From the human T2T-CHM13v2.0 reference genome, Homo sapiens, in NCBI RefSeq assembly GCF_009914755.1, contig NC_060933.1: a DNA stretch of 64,000 nucleotides, one strand, 5' to 3'. This document shows, one piece after another, positions 13,403 through 27,021 of this stretch (positions within the stretch are counted from its first letter, which is position 1; each line of letters opens with the position of its first letter). Made by a program: the position numbers and the translations under genes. Under the pieces are notes generated by a model that was given only the letters and a program-made list of their open reading frames with translations, was not told the origin of the DNA and searched no databases.

Positions 13403-15100
13403 TCATCTTAGAGAAAATACTTTAGTGTGATAAACAAACAACATCATTCATTATATAATCATGAGTTTTAAAGGGCCGTACTTTATTGGAAACTCATGTC
13501 TCAGTCAAAAAGCTAACACCAAAGTACAGTTCAAAGTACAGTTGGTCAAACCTGGTGTATGGACAATCAAGACTCAAGACAAGAGCTTGGCTTTTAGCAT
13601 TCAGCTTAGCTTTTAGTGTTCTTTAGAAGAGAGAGTAGAACACACAGTCTTAGAAAACCTATACACACATATATGTTTTACTGTTTCCCAGACATTTAAT
13701 AGGTATTGAACAATCAGGTCAAAGGTTAAAAATAAGTTAAGAGTAGTTCTCATGCTTTAATATCAGCCAAAAAGAGGGGAGAGTTGACATTTTGTTTTGA
13801 ATCTTGAAAGCTTAGAAAGGTTAGTGTGTTATTGATGACTATTGATTCCCCAAAATACCATCAAAAAAGTAGGCTAAAAATCAAAGATAGGGCTATTAGT
13901 CCTACCAGGAAATAACATCATCTTGAGAGAGAGGAAAGTCAGAGATTACTTGAAGGATTTTAGGAGCTAAGATAAATAAGTTTAAGATGAGTCCTTCAGG
14001 GAGAATGGATTGTGATTTGACAGAGTTTACGATATAATGCATTTGGATTGGTGGAAACAAATTGAAAATATAGTAGTGAGTCTTAATGATTAGTGAGTAA
14101 TACATTCATTTCCAAAATAAAGCAATATTAGTTTATAGTCTAATCTCTGGAAGTATGTAAGTCCTGGAACAAATATTTAATACTTTTTCTCAGTGCTTTT
14201 GAGCAAAGAAACAGAAATGTAGGCCCAGTCCAAATATCATCTAAATTAAGAAACGGAATTATATTGGTTTCCCTGCCAGCCACTTTGTTCCAAAATTTAT
14301 CATTGGAGTGCAAAAAGGAAAACACTCAGAATCATTTCAGAAAGTAATTTTTAAATACTTTAATGCATACAAAAGATAATTATGCAAATTAAAATGATAA
14401 TGAGGTACCATGACATACCTATTACAATGGCTAAACCTATCACATTTCAGCATAAATAACTAAAGAAAAAAAAGTCTAACCCTAAAAAATTGACATAGCA
14501 ATTCCTGGCAAGGATATGGAAGAGCAATAACTCTCATTTATTACTGCTGGTAATACAAATGGTATAGTACTTTGGAAGACAGTTTAGCAGTTTCTAACAA
14601 AGCTCAACATGTTCTTACCATGTGACTTAGCAACTGTCTTCCTAAATATTTATGTAACTTATTTGAAAAGGTATGCAAGTACAAAAAAACTATGTAATTT
14701 ATTCATAATCAATGAAAATTAGAAATAAATGGATATTCATCAATAGGTGAATAGAGAAATTAATATATGTGCATTCTTACAATGGAATATTTTTCAGTGA
14801 TAAAAATTAGATGAATGAGCATATTTCTAAGTAAAATAAATAATCCCGAAAAGACTACATAATGTATTATTTAATTTATATGAAAGTCTGAAAAAGGCAA
14901 AAAGATAGAGATAGTCAAAACATCAGTGGTTGCCAGGAATTTGGGAGAGGGAGAAAATTTGAATAGACAAAGTACAGGGGATATTTTAGGGTGATGAAAC
15001 TATTCTGTATTATGCTGTAATAGTAAGTGCATGACACTAGGCATTTGTCAAAAACTATAGAACTTAGGACCACAAAAAAGTGAATATTAATATATGCACC

Positions 15101-15399
15101 TTTTTTTTTTTTTTGAGATGGAGTTTTGCTCTTGTTGCCCAGACTAGAGTGCAGTGGTGTGAACTTGGCTTACCGCAACCTCTGCCTCCCAGGTTCAAGC
15201 GATTCTTCTGCCTCAACTTCCTGAGTAGCTGAGATTACAGGCACCTGCCACCACACCCTGCTAATTTTTTTGTATTTTTAGTAGAGAAGTGGTTTCATCA
15301 TGTTGGCCAGGCTGGTTTTGAACTCCTGACCTCAGGTAATCCACCTGCCTCAGCCTCCCAAAGTCCTGGGATCACAGGCGTAAGCCACTGTGCCCAGCC
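15101..15399 (-). mobile_element. AluSp/Sq
   Basis: Poly(T), gagttttgctcttgttgccc, accgcaacctc. Confidence 0.9.
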
Positions 15400-15795
15400 A
15401 ACTTTTTCTTTTTAAAATGTTAGGGGAGTCCCTGGACAGAATGTAGATATCATTGAAGAAACTTGGAGAAAAGGTGCTGCTGAATTTAGTAACTTTGAAA
15501 ATGACTGGACTTTGTGACTAAAACAAAAATAAAGAATACATAGCCCTATACTCTAACTGATATGTATTTTTTCTCATGGGGTACGCTTAACAATTCTGAT
15601 GCAGTATACATATGTAATGAAATTGAAAAATCAAATAATTGAATGGAAGATGGTGAGGACAAAAGTTCCTACTTTTGCGGAGTGAGATTACAGATGAGCA
15701 AGGACAAGAGGCTGGAATTATCTATGTAGTCATAAACTACAGTTAGAGACATCAAAATGAGCCCATGCTTAGCTTAATAAAGATTCACATGTTCT

Positions 15796-16108
<313 letters not shown>

Positions 16109-16409
16109 TTACACATCGAAATAATCATAGGCATATGTGTATACATGGTTTAGTAGATATACTCATACTTTCCTGCTCTTTCACTGAGAAAACCCAGAAG
16201 CAAGACTTCCCCAGGAGAAGCAAGCATATCTAGCATTGAAATCTTGGTTTCTAATGTAGCTCAAAGGAATCAGAGCTCCTTGCAGAAATGGCCAAATCTA
16301 GGGAGGGGGCAGAAGATGTACAAAGGGGCATGGAACATTTGGTACCGACAGAATGTATAGACATTCCACAAAAATTCCATAATGATGAACTCCTTAAGAT
16401 TTGTACAAA

Positions 16410-18275
<1,866 letters not shown>

Positions 18276-19890
18276 AAATAAAGCTAAAAGGTAAAATAAG
18301 GAAATATATCAAAGTAGGTTACTTTATTATGAAATATGATTTTGTGAGCTATAAACAAAGAATAACAATGTTGCAAAACATAAAGTAAAAACAACAATAA
18401 AAGAATAAGTTAATAAAGAAAAAAACCCACAATTACAAAGAAAATCCACAAGGATTAAAATATGGAAAAGAGACACAGGAGCCAACTGAAAGACTCTCAA
18501 TGGACAAAACTGAAATAATTTTGGCAATAAAATATAGTATTATTAAATTATAAGTCAAGGTATAAAATGTTTGTAATATCATATGGACATTAATAGTTGA
18601 ATAAATATATAAATGAGGGAAAGTAGAAAAATTCTCTTTGCAGAAGAATTTCAAATATTTTATGTAGCTAAGCATCACTCTCAAATGTTTGGCATAATTC
18701 TCCACTCCTTAAATGTGAGCTGTACATAGCCACATTTATTCCACCTTATTCCAGAGTACAGTATGGAAGATGCAAAAAGTAACTTCAAAGCGGAGAAACT
18801 TGGAAAACACTGCCTCAACCAAGTGATTTAAGTTACATCAACAGAATGTATTATGAATATGACGTGTTAGAAGTGGAACTTTACTTCTCTGTCCTTCCTC
18901 CCGCCCAGAATATAACCCTTGCCTAATCATCAGAAAAGTATCAAACAGAACCTGACTGAGGGACATTCTATAACACATCTCACCAGTACTCCCCAAAATT
19001 TTCAACATCATTAAAAACAAGGCGTCTGAGAAAATATCACATTCAAGATGAAACTAAGGAGATAAGATTACTTAAATGTGATTGTCTTACTGTTTCACAT
19101 TAAGACTAAATCTAGATTGTAGTTAGAGCTTCCAGAAACTCCTTTTGCTTTACAGGTAAAATGACTTGAAACCACCTCGCCAGGCAAATAATTATTTGCT
19201 TAGATAGAAATTCCAAATTAAGCATCTCCACACCTTTGATGCGGTTTTAACTCATACATGTAACAAGCAGGTCATTAGTAAGCAGGTCATTATTCCTGAA
19301 GTCACTACAGATAGAAGTCTATAGACTTCTATAGAATTCACCAAGGTAAAGAGGCCATTCTGAAAAAAAAAAAAAGGATTAAATCATACATGTAGTGCAT
19401 GGTTAACTGTAAGCACACACATGATATTACTAAAAGTCAATTTATCATTGTAATTCTTTAACGTGTTATGTCCCAGAGGATGTGTGCCAGGAGAACCAGG
19501 CGAAGTATCTTCAGAATACGTTTTAAATATTCTAGAGATGCTTTGCTGACCTATTTAAAACTCTTAAGTGCTTTGTTGTGACAAAGTTAATAGCTGAATC
19601 CATTTCACACGTATATTTTAGAACAGACTAACTGATGGTCTGACTACTGTCTGTTAATATTGCTGCCTGCTTACAAACAGCTTCTGGGGAATCCTAAGAA
19701 TCTTAAAAATAGAAAATGGCATATTTCTATAGAAACTACAAAATGATATTGCCAGAGTTTTGACTTTTGTCCACAGGTAGAAAAATATATACATTGTTGA
19801 CATGACATAGCAAATAAACACTTCACAGATGACTGAGTGGTTCCATGCTAACTGCTAGGTTATCACAAAACACAATTACTCATCTACTAC

Positions 19891-20405
19891 TGTATTAGGG
19901 TTCTCTAAAGGGACAGAACTAACAGGATAGATGTATATACATAAAGGGGAGTTTATTAAGGAGTATTGACTCACATGAACACAAAGTGAGATCCCAGAAT
20001 AGGCCATTTGCAAGCTGAGGAGCAAGGAAGCCAGTCTGAGTCCCAAAACTTGAAAAGTAGGGAAGCCGATAGTGCAGCCTGCAGTCTATGGTCGAAGGTC
20101 CAAGAGTCCCAAAGCTGAAAACTTGGAGTCTGATGTTCAAGGGCGGAAGCATCCAGCACAGGAGGAAGATGTAGGCCCGGAGACTAAGCCAGTGTAGTCT
20201 TTTCACGTTCTTCTGCCTGCTTTTAGTCTGGCTGCACTGGCAGCTGATTTAGATTGTGCCCAAACAGATTAAGGCTGGGTCTGCCTTTCCCAGTTCACTG
20301 ACTCAGCTGTTAAGCTCCTTTGGCAACAACCTCAAAGACACAGCCAGGAACAATAATTTGCATCCTTCAATCTAACTGAGTTGACACTCAATATGAACCA
20401 TCACA
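19891..20405 (-). mobile_element. MLT2A-type solo LTR (HERV-L)
   Basis: tgtattagggttctc...gttgacactcaatatgaaccatcaca is the reverse of MLT2A. Confidence 0.9.
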
Positions 20406-20843
20406 ATGACCAAATGTCAATGTGCTATTAAAAGTATATTTTCTCTTAGGTAGGTAACATGTCGGAGATACTGTTCTAGCCACAGTTTCAAGGGCCATGT
20501 TTATATTCTGAGAACAGGGAGAGAGACAGAGAGAGATAATGCGTTTTAGAAGAAAGTTGGGATTTCGTAAAAGATAAAGACACTAGAAATCAATTACTTC
20601 TTTCTCTTATTTGCAAAAACAAAATTTAGGTGAATATCAGAATATTAGACTTAACTGGGTATCAAAAACACACCATGTTATCTCTATATCATAGTGTATG
20701 GTTAAAAAATTTTCAATGAAAGTTTTATCAAAATAATTTTTGATGGTCAAAACAGTTATTTATGTATAAATACATAGTTTTATTTTTTCCTTAATGCAAT
20801 TTTTGTTTATAAAAAGTACAACATTCATCAGTAGACAACTTGC

Positions 20844-21620
20844 TGAGACAAGAAGTCTTTTCCTGATGGAAGGTCTTTTCTCAATCGAAGGGTTCGTGGT
20901 CCCACGGGCTTCAAGAAATGAAGCGGTGGACCACAGTGGCGAGTGTTACAGCTCCATTAGAGAAACGTGCGGACCCAAAGAGCGTGCGGCGGCATAATTA
21001 AAGCAAAAGTGAAAGCGAAAGTAAAGCTTCCAGGCGGTGGAAGGGGACCCGGAAGGGTTGCCATTTTTGGCTTGGGTATCTTATGCTTATATCTCCTTAT
21101 GACCCCTCCCCTTTTCCTTTTTCTGTCCTATAGAATTAGCTTATTTTCTATCTGCTTGTGGGTTGGCGGGCCTGTTTGGTTAAAAACATCAGGCTGCAGC
21201 TAGAGCTTAAACTTCCTATATGATTGGTTGAAGTGTCCATCCCTTGGCTTGCAGCTGTGACTCATTTTGGCTTAGTGGAAAGTGCCCCTTGATTGGTTGA
21301 AGTTTCCATCCCTTGGCTTGCAGCTGTGACTCATTTTGGCTTAGCAGAAAGTGCCCCTTGATTGGTTGAAGTTTCAATACCTTACCTTGCAGCTGTGACT
21401 CATTTTGGCTTAGCGGAAAGTGCCCCTTGATTGGTTGAAGTTTCAATCCCTTACCTTGCAGTTGTGACTCATTTTGGCTTAGGTGAGAATCCTCTTTGAT
21501 TAGTTGAAGTTTCAATCTCTTAGCTTGCAACTATGACTCATTTTGGCTTAGGGGAAAGTCCCCTTAGGGAAGTCCCTATTGACCCAGGAAATCCAGCCAA
21601 CTTAGCCACTTAGTCCCTCA
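20844..21620 (-). mobile_element. ERV1-class solo LTR, HERV9/LTR12-related
   Basis: TG...CA termini, ttgc/ttcc near-TSD; R/U5 (gggttcgtggtc, gagtgttacagctc, ggacccaaagag, aaagcttcca...ggaaggggaccc) resembles LTR12; exact family not identified. Confidence 0.75.
21221..21565. repeat. 69-bp tandem array (5 copies) in the LTR U3
   Basis: Units start at 21221, 21290, 21359, 21428 and 21497. Confidence 0.95.
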
Positions 21621-22033
21621 TTCCCAAATAAAAACTATCAATTGGTGCATCCACTTGGAAGAAAATAAACAATATTTCTCAGTAGACGTTTGATACACAT
21701 TGTAACAAGATTGTGTTACTTGTACAATTGCTCAATTGTGTTTATTACCAACACTGTTAAGTCTCTGAACTGTGAAATGTTTTCTCTTATTTCAGACAAA
21801 TGTCCACAGGTTTTCTTAGTCTCATTGCTCCATTTTTCTATTACCTGTATATCAAAAGCAGTGTCTTAATTCATTTTTGTTCAGCTTATCACTTCAATTC
21901 TATGAGCTCGGCTGTTTTTTTATGTTAACTCTTTAAACAATGCTTTGTAAGGCTTCAAACAAGTTGGAAAAAACTGGCTATTACTTTTTAATTAATAAAG
22001 AAAATATAATTGCCCTTTTTGATTTAAACTACT

Positions 22034-23424
22034 TGTATAAGGATCCTCCAGAGGGACAGAACTAATAGGATACGTGTGTATATGAAAGACAGTTTATTAA
22101 GGAGAATTGGCTCACACTATTGAGGACTAAACTCTGATTTTTTTTAAATCTTGCACAAATTCCTATTTAAGGGGTCTGGGGAGTCATGTGCTACAAATCA
22201 TAAATTCTCATCAGAAGGGTTTTATTTAACCCTGTATATCATGACTTATTTTCCAACCTGATTCTAGCATAACATTATGAGACAAGGAAGAAAATCAAAA
22301 TATTTTACACCAAAACCTGTTTCGTAGCCATATTTTGAAATGACCCTGCACATCTGTTCTTTGTGGGGTATACTTTGCATCTGTAAAGAATCTCTATTAA
22401 CATACCTAGATCTTTTTCTTCCAGACCCTCCCAATCCTAAAGAGATTAACTAAGATCTGAATAGGAAACATTTGTCATTTATTGTCTCTAAGGGCAGCCA
22501 CTGTACGACTTCACAAGAACTTTGGACTCCACAATCTTTATCTTAACCTGAATATTCCCTTTCTATGAATCCCAGGTCTTTAGACAAATGCAACTAATTG
22601 TCAACCAGAAAATGTTTAAATTCACCTATAGCCTGGAAGCCCACCCACCCCACCCCCACCTCCCCACACCTCCCCGCACCCCCCTCCACCGCCGCCCTGC
22701 TTTGAGTTATACTGCCTTTCTGGACTAAACCAATGGTATTCCTTAAATGTATTTGATTGATGTCTCCTGCCTGTCTAAAATAGGTAAAACTAAGCTGTGC
22801 CCCGACCACCTTGGACATATGTTCTCAGGACCTCCTGAGGGTTGTGTCACCGGCCATGGTCACTCATATTTGGCTCACAATAAATCTCTTCAAATATGTT
22901 ACAGAGTTGGACTCTTTTCGTCCACACTATCACAAGGTGAAGTCCCATGATAGGCTGTCTGCAAACTGAGGAAGAGAGAAGGCAGTAATGTCTCAGTCTG
23001 AGTTCAAAAGCCTCAAAAGTGGGGAAGCTGACAGTGCACCCTGCAGTCTGTAGCTGAAGGCCCAAGAGCTCCCGGCAAAACCACTGGCATAAGTCCCAGA
23101 GTCCAAAGGCTGAAGAACCTGGAGTTTGATGTCCAAGGTCAAGAGGAACAGATGGAACCATCCAGCAAGGGAGAAAGATAAAAGCCAGAATACTCACCAA
23201 GCCAGCTTATTTCACCATCTTCCGCCTGCTTTGTTCTAGCCACACTGGCAGCCAACTGGATGGTGCCCATCCACATTGAGGGTGGGTCTTTCTCTCCTAG
23301 TGTGCTAACTCAAATGCTAATCTCCTCTGGCAACACCCTCACAGAGACCCAAAAACAATACTTTAATCAGCTACCTAGGCATCTTTCAATCCAATCAAGT
23401 TGACACCTAATAATAACCATCACA
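22034..23424 (-). mobile_element. MLT2 (A2/B-like) solo LTR split by a MER4 LTR
   Basis: MLT2 termini; 5-bp TSD ctact at 22029-22033 and 23425-23429. Confidence 0.9.
22121..22926 (+). mobile_element. MER4D/E-type ERV1 solo LTR
   Basis: tgaggactaaactctg...aataaatctcttc...ttttcgtccaca; 4-bp TSD ctat at 22117-22120 and 22927-22930. Confidence 0.85.
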
Positions 23425-23478
23425 CTACTCTACTCAAGTATCTTTTTTTTTCCAAGACATTATTTTCCTCCACCTCTC

Positions 23479-23730
23479 TGTTGTTGTTGTTGTTGTTTTG
23501 AGACAGGGCCTCCCTCTGTCTCTCAGGCTGGAGTGCACTGGCATGATCATAGCTCACCATGGCCTCAATTTCCTTGGCTCAAGTGACCCTCCTGCCTCAA
23601 CCTTCCCCAAATATCTGGGACTGCAAGTGCCTGCCACCATGCCTGCCCAGCTTATAGTAAAAAAAAAAAAAAAAGAAAGAAAGAAAGAAAGAAAAAAGTA
23701 AAGATGGGGTCTCACTATGTTACCAGGGCT
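23479..23730 (-). mobile_element. AluJ, truncated, with a (GTT)n tail and an A-rich linker
   Basis: gagacagggcctccctctg...gatcatagctcac...ggctcaagtga (J diagnostics). Confidence 0.85.
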
Positions 23731-24419
23731 CCTCTTCTTATAGATGGGGACAATGAAGCCTATAAATGTCAGATGACATAGCCTGATCAGACCAGGCAGA
23801 GCGGAGCCAGGAAGAGTGCCTGATACACCAACTTCGAATTCAGTGCTCCTGCCTCTGTCTTCTCCCAGGGCCAAGGCTTTTTCAGGCTAATGGACATGGG
23901 GTGGTCGACATGGGAGAAGGACAGAGAGAAGCCTGGGGAGGATGCTGAGAAGTAATAAAAGGGAGGAGAGAACCTTTGCAAGAAAACTGTCCCTAGCTTA
24001 GAGAAGTAAAAACAGAGTGGGTTGGGCAGGTGTTGGATGTGATGGAGTGGAGGTGAGACCAGAAACCCAGGAAGAAGGAACCACAGCTCTGGTCAAACCA
24101 GCACTGAGAGAATGAGACAGGAAGAGCGTGGTGTTGCCACCACAGCAGGGCTTTGTGAAGCCAGTGAATTTCCTGCTTCACAAGAGTTCAGCAGAGTTTT
24201 GTCTTCCTGGACAGAGAGAGGTGCAGTAGGAGGTCACAGAGGGTGAGGAAGGTCAGAAGGCAAGTCCCAGGTCTGCCCTGAGCTAGCGCAGGACTGGAGT
24301 GGGGAGGCATTTCCCCCTTGAGCCACAACCTTACCTTTTGTGCAATGGGGAGATGATAAGAACCCTGTCCTGCCCACAACATCCAGCTGGTGATCTGGTC
24401 TATAAATGAAGATCCTGTG

Positions 24420-24560
24420 CCAACCACCTAGAGGCAGTTACCATAGTTCCCATTTTACAGGTGAGGAAATTGGGCCTGGTAAGTTGTCACGCCTCAGATC
24501 ATGCAACTGGCAAGGCCCAGGTGAGTCAACCTCAGTTTTCAGTGACCATGTAGGCTGCCT
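24420..24560 (-). mobile_element. MIR
   Basis: cccattttacaggtgaggaaattggg. Confidence 0.7.
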
Positions 24561-24809
24561 CTCAATGTTGGTTCTTGGGAGGCTGCTTAATAGGGTCCCC
24601 TTCCAGGGAAGTAGCAATGCTGGGAGATAACCTCTGAGGCTTCATACAACTTTGAGAGCCCATGAATGTATTAAAATGAGGAGCAGGGAGACATGAAGGT
24701 TAAGTCCAAGTTCCTTGCCCAACCACCAAGACCCTTAGCACTTGGCCTCCCCAGCCTCCCCTCAACATGCTCCTGCTCTGGAGCTCTGGTGCCACACTTC
24801 AGGGCACTT

Positions 24810-24925
24810 CCAAGCTCTGTGACCTTGGGCAAGTGGGCCTCAGCTTCCTCTTCTGTACAATGAGAACAATAAAGTCCTCACTTTATAGGGCTACTGTGAG
24901 GATCAGAGAAAGTGCTTGGCAGATG
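24810..24925 (+). mobile_element. MIR
   Basis: tgtgaccttgggcaagt...cctcagcttcctcttctgtacaatgag...atagggctactgtgaggat. Confidence 0.8.
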
Positions 24926-25519
24926 GTGGCTGCTGTTGTCGCTAGGACTTCCAATTAATTACCGGGCTCAGGTTGCTGTCACTTGCCCTTACCTCCTCTG
25001 AGATGTCTTGCCCAGAGTCCCTATTTCTTGAAGCTGGGATCCTGGAGCCCTTGGGCTCACTCCCTCAGCCCTCAACACAGACTGTTGTTTTCTGCTTGTT
25101 TGTTTGCCTTCAAACACCCTGGGCACCAGTTGAACTCAGGAATGTCTAGCCCTGAGCCTAGCCGAGAGTGAGTGTTCTAGAAGCATGGCTAGATTCCGTC
25201 ATCCAGCAATGTTTGAGAATCCATGCTCTGCTAGGCCTTGCCCATCATGGTGATGTCCACGCTCAGAGTCCTGCTACCCTCAGGCTTGGACTTGAGTGAA
25301 GGAGATAGGGTGGCACACAGTGATAATGGCATGTGGTAAGTGCCACTGTGGGGGCTGTGGGGCCGAGAGGAGGACCAGACCCTACCATGCCCAGTGGAGG
25401 AGTGGTGGTCCCTTACTTCTGTAGTGCCTGCAGCATCCCAGCAGCTAGCAATGTGCCATTCTCCATTTGCCTGCCCCTTCCCATCATGATAAAAGATGGT
25501 TGCAACAGTAAATGAAACC

Positions 25520-25700
25520 CCTATTACCAGAAACTTGCAAGCCAGGCCCTGCTCTGGGAACTTTAGTGCATTTACTCTGCCCCTCAGAGGAGCCAATGTG
25601 GGAAAAGAGGTCTTGAGGGGCTGGTCATTGCTGGCACACTCAACCATCTTGTGGTTGTGTAGGATTTGAACTCGGGCCTGCTGGAACTCACCTTCAGCTC
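25520..25700 (-). mobile_element. MIR
   Basis: gccaggccctgctctgg...aggatttgaactcgggcctg. Confidence 0.55.
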
Positions 25701-26226
25701 ACTCTGCCCCATGCCATTGAGCTTCAAAACTCTCTGTCCACACCTCCTCCTGTGCAGCTGATTGTCCCAATGTGCTCAAGTATCTTAGTCTAAATCAAGA
25801 TATTCAATAGGAGGAAAATTCATATACTTCATTTCAAACACCTACTTTTGAAATGAGTAAAGTGTTACTGAGTTGAAAAAAACTGTAAAATGTTTACAAA
25901 ATATTTTGTAATACACTATATATGCACACATATTCATATTATATAGATATACAGATATATGTGTGTATACACAATGCAATGCAATGGAATATAATATAAT
26001 GGTAAGAGGTAATATATTTTTAAAATATTTTATTCTTACTCTCTTACTCAACATACTATTTTCTGCTCTGCATTATTATTCTTCTCTTGTAATTTTATAC
26101 ATTTTTCTTTTCTCTTTAGTTTACCTTTGCTACCCTCTCACATTTTTTTCTTTGCTTTATTATTTTTTGAATTTTCTGAACTTAAACGTTACCTCAACTT
26201 TAAATTTTCCAGTGTTTCAAGAAATA

Positions 26227-26560
<334 letters not shown>

Positions 26561-26593
26561 CTAACAGTGTAAGAAAATATTATTTTGGGGAAA

Positions 26594-26900
26594 GGCATTG
26601 TGGCTTACATCATGATCCACCAAGTGGCTCACAAAATACCAGCACTTTGGGAGTCCAAAGTGGGAGGATCACTTGAGGTCAGGACTTGAAGACCAGCCTG
26701 GGCTTAAAGTCCACCATGAGAGTCTCACATGGTGAGACTCTCTCTCTTAAAAAAAAATTATCTGGGCATGATGGCCTGTGCCTGTAGTCTCAGCTACTGA
26801 GGAGGGTAAAGTAGAAGGCTTACTTGAGCCCAGGAGTTTGAGGCTGCAATGAGCAATGGCGGAGGCACTGCACTCCAACCAGGGTGACAAAGACCCTGTC

Positions 26901-26916
<16 letters not shown>
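26594..26916 (+). mobile_element. AluJ with internal rearrangements
   Basis: Diverged dimer, cttgagcccaggagtttgaggctgca; A tail. Confidence 0.85.
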
Positions 26917-26931
<15 letters not shown>

Positions 26932-26976
26932 GTGTATATATACATACATATATATGTATGTGTGTGTGTATGTGTA

Positions 26977-27015
<39 letters not shown>
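26917..27015. repeat. (TA)n/(TG)n compound microsatellite
   Basis: Seen directly, grown from the Alu tail. Confidence 0.9.

Positions 27016-27021
<6 letters not shown>

Larger units (their letters stand above)
23445..25774 (-). other. Retroposed non-coding block (retrocopy or orphan transduction)
   Basis: 12-bp direct repeat ctcaagtatctt at 23433-23444 and 25775-25786; T9 at 23443-23451; abrupt shift to higher GC inside. Confidence 0.7.

Noticed and set aside
21216-21530. 104-aa repetitive ORF, or a CRISPR-like array
   Set aside because: 69-bp head-to-tail LTR repeats with no unique spacers; eukaryotic DNA with no cas genes.
25231-25647. 138-aa ORF in the retroposed block as a retrogene
   Set aside because: No recognisable domain, non-ATG start, and it overlaps a MIR.
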